From contig CANFCX010000001.1 of NCBI GenBank assembly GCA_947445225.1, positions 24,189-88,188 of the forward strand: a DNA stretch of 64,000 bases, given 5' to 3'. The DNA comes from Rhodospirillales bacterium (GTDB lineage: Bacteria > Pseudomonadota > Alphaproteobacteria > CACIAM-22H2). Under the pieces are notes generated by a model. The model did not search any database, was not told the origin of the DNA, and saw only the letters and a list, made by a program, of their open reading frames with translations. Below, in pieces: positions 48,496 through 58,470 of this stretch (within the stretch, counting starts at the first letter, position 1; each line of letters starts with the position of its first letter). The translations under genes were made by a program, and so were the position numbers.

Positions 48496-50517
48496 TCAGG
48501 CGCCGTGCACCGCCATGGGCTGGGGCGCGGCGGCCATCGGAACCTGGGACCCGGGTTGCACGCGCGGCGCTGCCACCGGCCGGCGAGCTTGGGTAACACG
48601 CTCCTGCGCCGCCTCAAGGATCAGGCGCAGCAGGTCGGCGTAACGCAGCCCGGCGTAACTCGCCATGATGTTGAGCTTGCCGTCCCAGCACCAACCGGGA
48701 TTGGGGTTGACCTCGAGCAGTTTGATCGCGCCGTCGGCATCGGCGCGGAAGTCGAATCGCGCATAGTCGCGACAGCCCAGGCGCTCGAACAGCACGGTCG
48801 AGTAGTCGACCAGGCGGCGCCGCACATCCTCGTCGATCGCCGCCGGCTTGTACTTGATCTGCGTCCAATACGGCGATTCCGGCACCCATTTCGATTCATA
48901 CGAGAGAATCTTGGGCAAATCGGCGTTGAGCCCGCTGAAATCGACCTCGAGCGTCGGCAGCACCTGATAGGACAATCCGGGATTGCCGATGATGCCGATG
49001 CTGTATTCCGCGCCGGTCAGATATTCCTGCACCAGCACCGGGCGCCCCGGCAATTCCTCGCGTAGCTTTTCCAGATAGGTGATCGCTTCTTCCGGCGTCC
49101 ACACCACGGCGTCCTTGGTGATGCCGATGCTGCTGTCGCCGAAACAGGGCTTGATCAGCGCCGGAAAGATCGACGGCAGGTTCGCGGATTGGTCGTCCGG
49201 GTTGACATAGGTTTCGGCCGGGACCGGGAGATCGAGCGATTCGGCGATCGAACGGACCAGCGCCTTGTTGTAACAAAGGCCGAGGCAGCTCGCGCCGGCC
49301 CCGGTATAGGGCACGCCCAGCATTTCGAGCAACGCCGGCACATGCGGCTCGAGGAAGGCATCGTTGTTGAAGCCTTCGTCGCAGAGATTGAGCACGAATT
49401 TGGGCGGGTTGGCTCGAAGCTGGCTGACCATCGCGGTGTGATTGTCGATGAAGTCGAATTTGTAGCCCGGCAATTCGCCCAGGGCCTCGCGCAGGCGCTT
49501 GATGGTCTCGAAGTCTTCCTTGTTGAACTGGCCGCCGCGCTTGACCATGTCGGGCAGGCGCGGATCACCCATGACGACGCTGACCTCCGGGTAGGCGATG
49601 CCACGCACCGCCGTGACCGCGACCTTGCGCGGCGCCTGCGCCGTCAGGAACATACGCGTGGCCATCATACCAAGGTCTTGGTTGCGCCCGGATTCGGTGC
49701 CCACCCAATCGTGGAACCGCAGCGATTCGAAACCGACTCGTTCCAGCAGCTCGCGGATGCGTTCACGCGAATAGAGCCGCTCGGCATAGAACTGATCGGC
49801 GATCACGCCGCGTTCGGCATGCACCACGACTTCGCGCGAAACCAGGCGTTGTTGATCGTTGGCGAGCGAGCGTTCCCGGCAGACGAAGTGGTTCTGGTCG
49901 ATCCATTCCCAGGACCGGCGCTCGAAGTGCGTCCGTAGCCAGTCGCCATCGGCGAGGTCCATGGCCAGCGTCCCGTTGGAGGCCAGCGCCCGTTTCACCG
50001 CCTCCAGCACCGCCACGTCGTCTTCCTCGCGGTCGAAATAGCCGTAGGAATTGCCCATCAGCGTGACGCAGTGGAAGGAATTCTCCGGAACCCGGAATTT
50101 GCGGGCGTCGCCTTCATGGAAGGAGACGTTGAGGCCCAACTGCTTGGCGCGCTTGCGGGCGAGCCGGACCAGATACCGCGAGCGGTCGATGCCGGTGACG
50201 GCGTTGAAACCCCGGCGCGCGAGTTCGATGACGTGGCGACCCTGGCCGCAGCAGAGATCGAGGATTCGATCGTTCGGCTCCAAACCCGAGGACTTGATCA
50301 GCGAATCGATTTCGCGGCCGGTGTTGGTGTCGTTTTCGACGACATCGCCATCTGTTTGGATGTAGAGCGAATTGAACAACGTCCGCCACCAATCGGAGGG
50401 CAGATGGCGTTCGAGATCGGAAACCGGGCCAAGCGTCCGTACCGGTCCCTGCGGCTTGGGCGTACCGTTCCCATTGGGTTTGTGGACGCCGTTGCCGTTG
50501 GACGACTTTTTCGCCAT
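48496..50517 (-). CDS. Class I SAM-dependent methyltransferase fused to ATP-grasp (D-Ala-D-Ala ligase-like) domain
   Basis: ATG at 50517 (MAKKSSNGNG...); MTase motif I ILDLCCGQGRHVIELARRG; C-terminal ATP-grasp (..VLVQEYLTGAEYSIGIIGNPG..LLEVNPNPGW..). Confidence 0.7.
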   Translation of the reverse strand: MAKKSSNGNGVHKPNGNGTPKPQGPVRTLGPVSDLERHLPSDWWRTLFNSLYIQTDGDVVENDTNTGREIDSLIKSSGLEPNDRILDLCCGQGRHVIELARRGFNAVTGIDRSRYLVRLARKRAKQLGLNVSFHEGDARKFRVPENSFHCVTLMGNSYGYFDREEDDVAVLEAVKRALASNGTLAMDLADGDWLRTHFERRSWEWIDQNHFVCRERSLANDQQRLVSREVVVHAERGVIADQFYAERLYSRERIRELLERVGFESLRFHDWVGTESGRNQDLGMMATRMFLTAQAPRKVAVTAVRGIAYPEVSVVMGDPRLPDMVKRGGQFNKEDFETIKRLREALGELPGYKFDFIDNHTAMVSQLRANPPKFVLNLCDEGFNNDAFLEPHVPALLEMLGVPYTGAGASCLGLCYNKALVRSIAESLDLPVPAETYVNPDDQSANLPSIFPALIKPCFGDSSIGITKDAVVWTPEEAITYLEKLREELPGRPVLVQEYLTGAEYSIGIIGNPGLSYQVLPTLEVDFSGLNADLPKILSYESKWVPESPYWTQIKYKPAAIDEDVRRRLVDYSTVLFERLGCRDYARFDFRADADGAIKLLEVNPNPGWCWDGKLNIMASYAGLRYADLLRLILEAAQERVTQARRPVAAPRVQPGSQVPMAAAPQPMAVHGA

Positions 50518-50900
50518 TGCGCGCTCGCGTTTTCGGGTTGATGGGGAAGGAAAACCGGCTTCGCCGGAAAAGACATCGGACGCGCGCCCGCCCAGGCCGG
50601 CTTCGTGCAACGAAGCGGGTGATGAGTCTATGGCCGCCTCCGACCGTAATTTGGCCGGCGGCGGCAGACTACTCCCAGGGTCGGGATCGGGTGATTGACG
50701 AGGCATTCTCGCGCACGTTCGTCGAGCCGCTACTTAACGTCGCGGTCGGACGGCCGTCAAGCGGTTCGGAAACGATTCGAGGCGAGCGACACAGAAAATT
50801 GAAGAGTGCGACCGATGGGTCACGGTGGGCGAGTCGGGCGTGCGTCCAAACGCGGAGATTCGGCCGCCTATGTTTCGCCCAAAAGCCGGTATAGGCTGAG

Positions 50901-51746
50901 GTGATGAACGACAATTCCACGATCGATCTGCCGGTGTTCGAGAGCGGATGGGTTTGGCTGGTTGGCGCCGGACCCGGCGAGCCAGGATTGCTGACGCTGC
51001 TTGCCCATCACGCGCTCCGCTCGGCCGACGCCATCGTCTACGACGCGCTTGTCGATCCGCGCATCCTGAAACTCGCGCGGCTGGGCGCACGCCTGGAATA
51101 TGCGGGCAAGCGCGGCGGCAAGCCTTCCTCCCGGCAGCCCGACATTTCCGGACGGCTGATCCAACTCGCGCGCCGCAAACTCCGCGTGCTCCGCCTCAAG
51201 GGCGGCGATCCGTTCGTGTTCGGCCGCGGCGGCGAAGAAGCGCTGGCACTGGTCGCCGCCGGCATCCCCTTCCGGCTGGTGCCCGGCATCACCGCCGCCA
51301 TCGGGGGACTCGCTTATGCCGGCATCCCGGTCACGCATCGCGACACCAACGCCGCCGTGACCTTCGTCACCGGCCACGCCGCGGGCGGCGACGTCCCCGA
51401 CGACGTGGACTGGACCGCCCTGTCGCGCGGCGCGCCGGTCTTGGTGATCTACATGGCCCTCAAACACATCGACCGGATCGCCGCGCGGCTGATCGCGGCG
51501 GGACGTCCGGGCACCGAACCGGTCGCCATCGTCAGCAAAGCCGCGACGCCGGACCAGCGCGTGCTGGAAACGACACTGGAGTCCTGTGCCGCGGATACCA
51601 CGGCGCATCACATCGAGCCGCCGGCGTTGATCGTGGTCGGCGAGACGGTGCGGCTGCGCGCCGGCCTCGACTGGATCGGCGCGTTGTCCGGGCGGGTTCT
51701 CGACGCCGATCCCCTCCGCAACCGGATTCGGCGGAAAAGCGTGTGA
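50901..51746 (+). CDS. cobA: Uroporphyrinogen-III C-methyltransferase CobA (SUMT)
   Basis: VWLVGAGPGEPGLLTLLAHHALRSADAIVYDAL... typical SUMT. Confidence 0.9.
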   Translation: MMNDNSTIDLPVFESGWVWLVGAGPGEPGLLTLLAHHALRSADAIVYDALVDPRILKLARLGARLEYAGKRGGKPSSRQPDISGRLIQLARRKLRVLRLKGGDPFVFGRGGEEALALVAAGIPFRLVPGITAAIGGLAYAGIPVTHRDTNAAVTFVTGHAAGGDVPDDVDWTALSRGAPVLVIYMALKHIDRIAARLIAAGRPGTEPVAIVSKAATPDQRVLETTLESCAADTTAHHIEPPALIVVGETVRLRAGLDWIGALSGRVLDADPLRNRIRRKSV

Positions 51747-52039
51747 GATACCGTTCCTGCCTGCGCGCCGGGTTGTCGGGCGCCGCTTTCCTTTTTGTTT
51801 CGGCCTGCGCGCCCTCCGGCCTGCAATGGGTGCGCGAAGGCGCGGGTCCGGACGATTTCCGCCGCGACCGAGCCGATTGCCTCGACCGCGCCGGCGATTT
51901 CGACTTCATGTCCGGCGGCCGCCGCGACGAATCCCGGGAGGAACGCCCGATCGACCGCAGCCAGGGACAGATCTATCGCACCTGCTTGGAGGCGCTGGGG
52001 TATCGGCAGGTGCGCGTGAATTCAGGGCGCGGGTCGTGA
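51743..52039 (+). CDS. Small lipoprotein, hypothetical (98 aa)
   Basis: GTG 51743 overlapping cobA stop; VRYRSCLRAGLSGAAFLFVSAC lipobox; GTGA overlap with SCO1 start. Confidence 0.45.
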   Translation: MRYRSCLRAGLSGAAFLFVSACAPSGLQWVREGAGPDDFRRDRADCLDRAGDFDFMSGGRRDESREERPIDRSQGQIYRTCLEALGYRQVRVNSGRGS

Positions 52040-52662
52040 CCGGATACGCACGCATCGTGGCCGTCGTGCTCGCCGTTCTGATCGGCGGCGGCGTCGGGCT
52101 GCTGGCGCGGCTTGTGCTCTCCCCATCGGAAGCGCCGATCGTCACCGTCCTGCGCGAGGGTGCTGTGACCGGCGCCTCGTTGATCGGCGGTCCGTTCACC
52201 CTGGTCGATCAAAACGGTATGACCCGCCAGGACGCCGAATTTCGCGGGCGGCTCATGCTGGTGTATTTCGGGTTCACCTATTGCCCCGATGCCTGTCCCA
52301 CGAGCCTGCAGGTCATGAGCGACGCGCTCGACCTGATCGGCAATGACGCGCCGCGCGTTCAACCGATTCTCATCACCATCGATCCAGCGCGCGACACGCC
52401 GGAAAGACTGAAAGACTACGCCGCGCATTTCCATCCGCTGCTGCTGGCGCTCACCGGTACCGCCGAGCAGGTGGCGGAAGCGGCGCGCGCCTATCGCGTC
52501 TATTACGCGAAAGCGGCGGCCACGGCGCCGGGCGATCCCGACTACATGATGGATCATTCGTCGTTCATTTATCTGATGGGATCGGACGGAAAATACCTGA
52601 CCCATTTCCGTCCCGATGTGCCCGCCGATCGCATCGCGGCCAGCCTGCGCGATCATCTGTGA
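52036..52662 (+). CDS. SCO1/SenC-family copper chaperone
   Basis: N-terminal TM, CPDAC (CxxxC) motif, thioredoxin-like fold sequence ..HSSFIYLMGSDGKYL.. Confidence 0.8.
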   Translation: MTGYARIVAVVLAVLIGGGVGLLARLVLSPSEAPIVTVLREGAVTGASLIGGPFTLVDQNGMTRQDAEFRGRLMLVYFGFTYCPDACPTSLQVMSDALDLIGNDAPRVQPILITIDPARDTPERLKDYAAHFHPLLLALTGTAEQVAEAARAYRVYYAKAAATAPGDPDYMMDHSSFIYLMGSDGKYLTHFRPDVPADRIAASLRDHL

Positions 52663-52666
52663 CGAC

Positions 52667-53989
52667 GTGGCGACGCGCGGCCGGGGATTGATCGTCGCCG
52701 CCCCGGCCTCGGGAAGCGGCAAGACCATCGTGACCCTCGCCCTGCTGCGCCTATTGGCGCGCGCGGGGAGCGAAACGGTGGCGGCGAAATGCGGCCCCGA
52801 CTATATCGATTCGGGTTTCCTGGCGGCGGCCAGCGGACGGCCCTGTCTCAATCTGGATGCCTGGGCGATGCGGCCGGCGACGTTGAGCCGGCTGGTCGGC
52901 GATGTCTCGCGCGGCGTCTTTGTGCTCTGCGAGGGCGCGATGGGTTTGTTCGACGGCGCCGAAGGCGGCGGCGGTTCGACCGCCGACATCGCCGCCCTGA
53001 CCGGCTGGCCGGTCCTGTTGGTCGTGGATGCGCGCGGCCAGGGCGCCTCCGCGGCCGCCGTCGTGCGCGGCTTCGTGGGTTTGCAGCCGAATACGACCAT
53101 CGCCGGTGTTGTCTTCAACCGCGTCGGCGGATCCCGCCATGAATCGATACTGCGCCAAGCCATGCTACACATCGTCCCCGACGTGCCGGTATTGGGCGTC
53201 GTCCCGCGCGACGCCCGGCTGGCGTTACCGGAGCGGCATCTGGGTCTGGTGCAGGCGCGGGAACACGCCGAACTCGGCGCCCGGCTCGATGCCGCCGCCG
53301 ACGCCATCGCCCCGGTTCTCGACCTTCCCGCCATCGCCGCCATCGCCCGGACCAGTCCCCTGGCCACGACCGGCGAGTCGCCGGCCCGGCCGCTGCCGCC
53401 GCTTGGCCAGCGCATCGCCGTGGCCGCGGACACCGCCTTTTCCTTTACCTATCCCGCGATTTTGGCCGGATGGCACGCGGCCGGCGCCGAAATCATTCCC
53501 TTTTCGCCGCTGGCGGATGAGGCGCCCGACGATAGGGCGGATGCCGTCTATCTGCCCGGCGGTTATCCCGAGTTGCATGCCGGCAGGCTCGCCGCCAATC
53601 GGCACTTCCTCGAGGGCCTGCGCGGCGCGGCGCGCCGAGGCGCGGCGATCTATGGCGAATGCGGCGGTTATATGGTGTTGGGCCGGACATTGACCGACGC
53701 CGGCGGACAGTGCCACGCGATGGCCGGTCTGCTGCCGGTCGCGACGTCCTTCTCCGAGCGCCGCCTCCATCTCGGCTACCGGCAGGTCGAGTTGGCCGGG
53801 CCTTGCGCGTTGGGCGAGCTCGGCGCCCGTTTCCGCGGCCATGAATTCCACTACGCGACCGTGTTAGGCGAAGGGCCGGGCGATCCTTTGTTCAGCGTCG
53901 CCGATTCGACCGGCCAATCATTGCATGATGCCGGCTGGGTGGACGGCCGCGTCGCCGGCTCCTTCATCCACTTGATCGACGCCGCATAA
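52667..53989 (+). CDS. cobB: Cobyrinic acid a,c-diamide synthase CobB/CbiA
   Basis: IVAAPASGSGKTIVTLALLRLLARAG... P-loop and C-terminal glutaminase domain; GTG start 52667. Confidence 0.88.
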   Translation: MATRGRGLIVAAPASGSGKTIVTLALLRLLARAGSETVAAKCGPDYIDSGFLAAASGRPCLNLDAWAMRPATLSRLVGDVSRGVFVLCEGAMGLFDGAEGGGGSTADIAALTGWPVLLVVDARGQGASAAAVVRGFVGLQPNTTIAGVVFNRVGGSRHESILRQAMLHIVPDVPVLGVVPRDARLALPERHLGLVQAREHAELGARLDAAADAIAPVLDLPAIAAIARTSPLATTGESPARPLPPLGQRIAVAADTAFSFTYPAILAGWHAAGAEIIPFSPLADEAPDDRADAVYLPGGYPELHAGRLAANRHFLEGLRGAARRGAAIYGECGGYMVLGRTLTDAGGQCHAMAGLLPVATSFSERRLHLGYRQVELAGPCALGELGARFRGHEFHYATVLGEGPGDPLFSVADSTGQSLHDAGWVDGRVAGSFIHLIDAA

Positions 53990-54028
53990 GACGATCGCTG
54001 CCGGCGGCGCCGATCCCGCTCTGTCCGG

Positions 54029-54589
54029 TCAGCGGCGCAGAGCCGCGTCCACCGCTTGTGTCACTTCCCGAGAGGTTGGCTCCACATCCGATGGCCATGC
54101 CCCGATGAGCGCGCCGTCCCCGCCGATCAGGTATTTGTGGAAATTCCATTGCGGCGAGCCGGCTTCGCCAAGCTGGGCCGCGATCCACCGATAAAAGGGA
54201 TGGGCCGCGGAACCGGCCACCACTTGCTTGTCGGTCATCGGGAAGGTGACACCGAAATTGGCTTCGCAGAATTGCTTGATCTCGGCCTTGCTGCCCGGCT
54301 CTTGCCCGCCGAAATCGTTCGATGGAACCCCAACCACGACCAGGCCCTTCGCCTCGTATTTTTCCCACAGCGCCTGCAAGGTTTCGTATTGGCCGGTATA
54401 CCCGCAGAAGGAAGCCGTGTTGACCACGAGGACGGGTTTGCCCTTGTAGTCCTTCAGCGCGAGGTCGCCGCCATCGATCGACGGAAAGGTGAAATCGTGA
54501 GCGTTCATCGCCATCGCCCCCATCGAAACCAGCGCCAAACAAACCACCGCAACCGCCCGCGGCGCGAGCCGAACCATCAACTTAGCCAT
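54029..54589 (-). CDS. gpx: Glutathione peroxidase with signal peptide
   Basis: VLVVNTASFCGYTGQYETLQALWEKY... and WNFHKYLI motifs. Confidence 0.88.
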   Translation of the reverse strand: MAKLMVRLAPRAVAVVCLALVSMGAMAMNAHDFTFPSIDGGDLALKDYKGKPVLVVNTASFCGYTGQYETLQALWEKYEAKGLVVVGVPSNDFGGQEPGSKAEIKQFCEANFGVTFPMTDKQVVAGSAAHPFYRWIAAQLGEAGSPQWNFHKYLIGGDGALIGAWPSDVEPTSREVTQAVDAALRR

Positions 54590-55247
54590 ATCGTTCCTCT
54601 TTCCACGGATCCCCGTGATTGTGATAGCCGCGAGCCTCCCAGAAACCGGGACGATCTTGAATCGTGAATTCGAGCCGGCGCACCCATTTCGCGCTTTTCC
54701 AGAAATACAGCTTGGGCACGATCAGCCGCATCGGCCCGCCATGGTCGGAATGAATCGGCTTGCCCTCCCAGGAATGGGCGAGCAGCACGTCGGATTCGGC
54801 GAATTGGGCGAGGGGGATATTCGTCGTATAGCCGTCATAACTATGGGCGATGACGAACTTCGCGCTGTCATGCGGCTTGACCACGGACAGCAGGTGTTTC
54901 GCCGACACACCTTCCCAATGATTGTCGTAGCGGCTCCACGACGTCACGCAGTGAATATCGGACATGTCCTGGATCTGGGGTTGGGTCCGAAACTCGAGCC
55001 AGCCCCAGTTCAATTGGTTCTCGACGGCGCCATCGACGACCAGCCGCCAACGAAACGATTCGATCTTCACCTGAAAGCCGAGATCGAGGATCGGCCAATT
55101 GGTCACATGGCGCTGGCCCGGCGGCAGGCGCGGGCGCGCCCCATCGGCCGCCTTGCCGGTGAGCAGCCGACCTTCTTGCGCCCATTTCTGCTTGGTCTCG
55201 ACCAGCTTCTGGCGGTCCTTGCCCCCCAAGCGGGCATCTCCGGGCAT
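54582..55247 (-). CDS. Sulfite-oxidase-family molybdopterin-dependent oxidoreductase (YuiH/MsrP-like catalytic domain, no signal peptide)
   Basis: Mo-cofactor domain motifs HCVTSWSRYDNHWEGV, HSYDGYTTNIPL, GGPMRLIVP. Confidence 0.7.
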   Translation of the reverse strand: MPGDARLGGKDRQKLVETKQKWAQEGRLLTGKAADGARPRLPPGQRHVTNWPILDLGFQVKIESFRWRLVVDGAVENQLNWGWLEFRTQPQIQDMSDIHCVTSWSRYDNHWEGVSAKHLLSVVKPHDSAKFVIAHSYDGYTTNIPLAQFAESDVLLAHSWEGKPIHSDHGGPMRLIVPKLYFWKSAKWVRRLEFTIQDRPGFWEARGYHNHGDPWKEERYG

Positions 55248-55392
55248 GGTTCGTCTCCTAACGCCAACACTTGACCTCAAGATAGCGCGAATGCGCCCGC
55301 TGGAAAGACGTTGTTTCGGTCACATCGCGTTGATCTGGGATTTCCAGCGGTCGCTTGTGACAAGGAAGACGGAAGCGATTAGGTTCTGGCGC

Positions 55393-57624
55393 ATGATCCG
55401 CAGACGCAATGTTGCCAGCCTGTTCCTGTTGATGGCGGGCTTGGGTTTGTTCCTGGGCTTGGCCGCGGCGGCGCCAAAGACAGCGGTGGCGCAGACCGTT
55501 GCCAACACCGCCGCCGGCCCCGGCCTCGCCGAACTCGAAGCGTTGGCCGCCACGCTGGAGGACGAAGCCGCCCGCCGGCAACTGATCGAACACATCCGCG
55601 CCCTGGTTGCCGTCCAGCAAAAACAGCCGGAGTCGCCGATCGCGCTGCCCCCCGACAGTTTGGGCGCGCAGCTTCTGGCCTTCCTGTCGCAACAGGTCGC
55701 CGACGTCAGCCGCAGCCTGTTTTCGGCCTTGGCCTTTGTTAATGACGCGCCGAATCTGCTGATGTGGGTGTGGCGCCAGGCCGAGAGCCCGGAGGGCCGC
55801 AACCGGCTTCTGGAAATCATCGTCAAGGTCGCCGTCGTCATAGGCATCGGCATGTTGGCCGAGCGGTTCGCACACCGGCTGCTGGCGCGGCCGCGGCGTG
55901 CGGTCGAGGACCGCGACACCGAAACGTTGTGGCTGCGTTTCCTGCTGCGGCTCGCCCGCGCCGGCATCGATCTGGCCGCCATCGTCGCCTTCGCGGCGGT
56001 GGCTTATTCGGTGCTGCCGCTGACCGAGCCCAACCTGACCACCCAGTTGGTCGCGTTGGGCCTGATCAATGCCAGCCTGGTGGCGCGTGCGTTGTTGCTG
56101 TTGGCGCGGATCGCGCTGGCCCCGAATACGCCGTCGCTGCGGCTTGTGCCGCTCGACGATGCCGCGTCCGCGTATGGATTCAGGTGGGCGCATCGACTGG
56201 CCAACACCACCGTCTATGGTTATTTCGCCGCCGAGGCGAGCCTTTTGCTTGGCCTGCCGACGGGGGGCCGGGATTTCATCCTCAAATCGGTCGGGCTGAT
56301 CGTCGCGGGGATGTTGGTATTCCTGATTTTACGCCAGCGGATGGCGGTGGCGGATTGGATTCGCGGCCGCTCGGCCGGGGGTTCACCCGCGCTCGCCGGG
56401 CTGCGCCGGCTGCGCCAGCGCATCGCCGATGTCTGGCATATCTTGGCGATCGCCTACGTCGTCGCCATCTACGCGATCTGGGTTTTGCGGGTTCCCGGCG
56501 GCTTCGAATTCGTCCTGCGCGGCACCGGCCTCACGCTGGCGACGCTGGTCGCGGCCCGCCTTCTTGGGCAATGGGTGACCCGCTTGTTCACGCGGGAAAT
56601 CCTGCTGGGCAGCGAAATCAAGCGGCGGTTCCCGACCTTGCAAAAGCGGCTGAACCGCCATCGCGACCTTTTCCATTCCATTGTCAGGTCGGCGATCAAC
56701 GTGTTTGCCGCCCTGTCCATTCTTCAGGGCTGGGGTATCGGATCGCTTGATTGGCTGCTGTCGGACAAGGGGCGCAACGCCCTCGGCGGCGCCTTTAACA
56801 TTCTTCTTATCCTTCTGGTCGCGCTCGTGTTGTGGGACGCGCTCAACGCGATGATGGAGCGTTATCTGTCGCAGACGGCGAGCGGAGACGCCGCCCGCCG
56901 GCTGGCCCGCGCCCAAACGCTGATGCCGCTGGTGCGCCGCATCGTCTTTGCCGTCATCGCCACTTTCGTCACGTTGATGGTGTTGTCCGAGATCGGCGTC
57001 AACATCACGCCGTTGCTTGCCGGCGCCGGCGCGATCGGCCTCGCCATCGGGTTCGGGGCGCAAAATCTGATCAAGGACCTGTTGAGCGGCGTCTCGCTCT
57101 TGATGGAGGACGTCATCGCCGTGGGCGACGTCGTTGATCTCGACGGCCATGCCGGGGTCGTCGAGGCCATGTCGATTCGGTCGATTCGCCTGCGCGACGA
57201 GGCCGGCACCGTGCACACCGTTCCCTTCAGCGCGGTCACCACGGTCCGCAACATGACGAAGGATTTCGCCTTCGCCGTGATCCAGGTCGGCGTCGGTTAC
57301 CAGGAAGACTACGAAGCGGTGAGCGTTTTGATCTGCGCGGTCGGCGACGGGCTGCGGGCCGATCCGGCATTCGCCGCGCAAATCCTGGCGCCCACGGAAA
57401 TGGTCGGCATCGACAGCTTTGGCGATTCCTCGGTGATCGTCAAAGCCCGGATCAAGACCAAGCCGGCGCAGCAATGGATTGTCACCCGCGAATTCCGCCG
57501 CCGGCTCAAGAAAGCCTTCGACGAACGCGGAATCACCTTCGCCTCGGGTCCGCGCATGGTCCGCGTCGTGACCACCCCGGAACCGGCCGCGCCGGCCATC
57601 CCCACCCCAAGCGCCGCGCGGTAG
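55393..57624 (+). CDS. Large MscS-family mechanosensitive channel (MscK/KefA-like)
   Basis: Signal peptide, long periplasmic/ multi-TM N-region, C-terminal MscS core (ITPLLAGAGAIGLAIGFGAQNLIKDLLSGVSLLMEDVIAVGDVVD). Confidence 0.85.
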   Translation: MIRRRNVASLFLLMAGLGLFLGLAAAAPKTAVAQTVANTAAGPGLAELEALAATLEDEAARRQLIEHIRALVAVQQKQPESPIALPPDSLGAQLLAFLSQQVADVSRSLFSALAFVNDAPNLLMWVWRQAESPEGRNRLLEIIVKVAVVIGIGMLAERFAHRLLARPRRAVEDRDTETLWLRFLLRLARAGIDLAAIVAFAAVAYSVLPLTEPNLTTQLVALGLINASLVARALLLLARIALAPNTPSLRLVPLDDAASAYGFRWAHRLANTTVYGYFAAEASLLLGLPTGGRDFILKSVGLIVAGMLVFLILRQRMAVADWIRGRSAGGSPALAGLRRLRQRIADVWHILAIAYVVAIYAIWVLRVPGGFEFVLRGTGLTLATLVAARLLGQWVTRLFTREILLGSEIKRRFPTLQKRLNRHRDLFHSIVRSAINVFAALSILQGWGIGSLDWLLSDKGRNALGGAFNILLILLVALVLWDALNAMMERYLSQTASGDAARRLARAQTLMPLVRRIVFAVIATFVTLMVLSEIGVNITPLLAGAGAIGLAIGFGAQNLIKDLLSGVSLLMEDVIAVGDVVDLDGHAGVVEAMSIRSIRLRDEAGTVHTVPFSAVTTVRNMTKDFAFAVIQVGVGYQEDYEAVSVLICAVGDGLRADPAFAAQILAPTEMVGIDSFGDSSVIVKARIKTKPAQQWIVTREFRRRLKKAFDERGITFASGPRMVRVVTTPEPAAPAIPTPSAAR

Positions 57625-57654
57625 TCGCGCCGTCCCGCGTCCGATCGTCTTGCC

Positions 57655-58470
57655 ATGGAGCCACACATGCCGCTTCAATCGATCCCGCTTCCCCGCCGTT
57701 ACGGTCCGGTCAATTGGCTCGGATTGTGGACGCTGTATGTCCGCGAGGTGCGGCGCTTCTGGAAGGTCGGAACCCAGACGATCGCCGCGCCCGTGGTCTC
57801 CGCGCTTCTGCTTCTGGCAGTGTTCCTTCTGGCGCTCGGCGGTGCTTCCCAAAGATTCGGCGACGTCGATTTCCTGGAGTTCCTGGCGCCGGGCCTGATC
57901 ATGATGACGATGGTCCAGAACGCCTTCGTTAATACCTCGTCCTCCCTGATGATCTCCAAGGTTCAGGGCAACATCGTCGATACGGTGATGCCCCCCTTGT
58001 CGCCGGGAGAGCAGACATTCGGTTTTGCTCTCGGCGGCGTGACCCGGGGGTTGGTCGTGGGCTTGGCCGTGGCGCTGGCGGTTCTGCCCTTCACCTCCCT
58101 GCACGTTCACGATTGGGCCTTCGTCTTCTTTCACGCCATCGCCGCCTCACTCATGCTTTCGCTGATCGGCATCATCGGCGGCATCTGGTCCGAGAAATTC
58201 GATCAGCTGGCCGCCCTGACCAATTTCGTGGTGACGCCCCTCTCTTTCCTTTCGGGCACCTTCTATTCGGTATCGCGGCTGCCGGAAGGCTGGCAGATCG
58301 CGGCCCATCTCGATCCGTTTTTCTACATGATCGACGGGTTTCGCTATGGTTTCGTCGGCCATGCCGACGGCTCGCTTTCCGCCGGAATTTGGGTTCTGAT
58401 CGTTTGCAATATCGGGCTGTGGTGGCTGACCCACCGCATGTTCGCATCGGGTTACAAACTCAAGACCTAG
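57655..58470 (+). CDS. ABC-2 family transporter permease (no cognate ATPase in window)
   Basis: 271 aa, 6 TM, ABC-2/NodJ-like N-terminus PRRYGPVNWLGLWTLYVREVRRFWK. Confidence 0.7.
   Translation: MEPHMPLQSIPLPRRYGPVNWLGLWTLYVREVRRFWKVGTQTIAAPVVSALLLLAVFLLALGGASQRFGDVDFLEFLAPGLIMMTMVQNAFVNTSSSLMISKVQGNIVDTVMPPLSPGEQTFGFALGGVTRGLVVGLAVALAVLPFTSLHVHDWAFVFFHAIAASLMLSLIGIIGGIWSEKFDQLAALTNFVVTPLSFLSGTFYSVSRLPEGWQIAAHLDPFFYMIDGFRYGFVGHADGSLSAGIWVLIVCNIGLWWLTHRMFASGYKLKT

Noticed and set aside
50518-50900. Possible cobalamin riboswitch upstream of cobA
   Set aside because: Looked for the B12 box and GGGAA/GCCACTG core by eye and found none; needs an Rfam scan but not called
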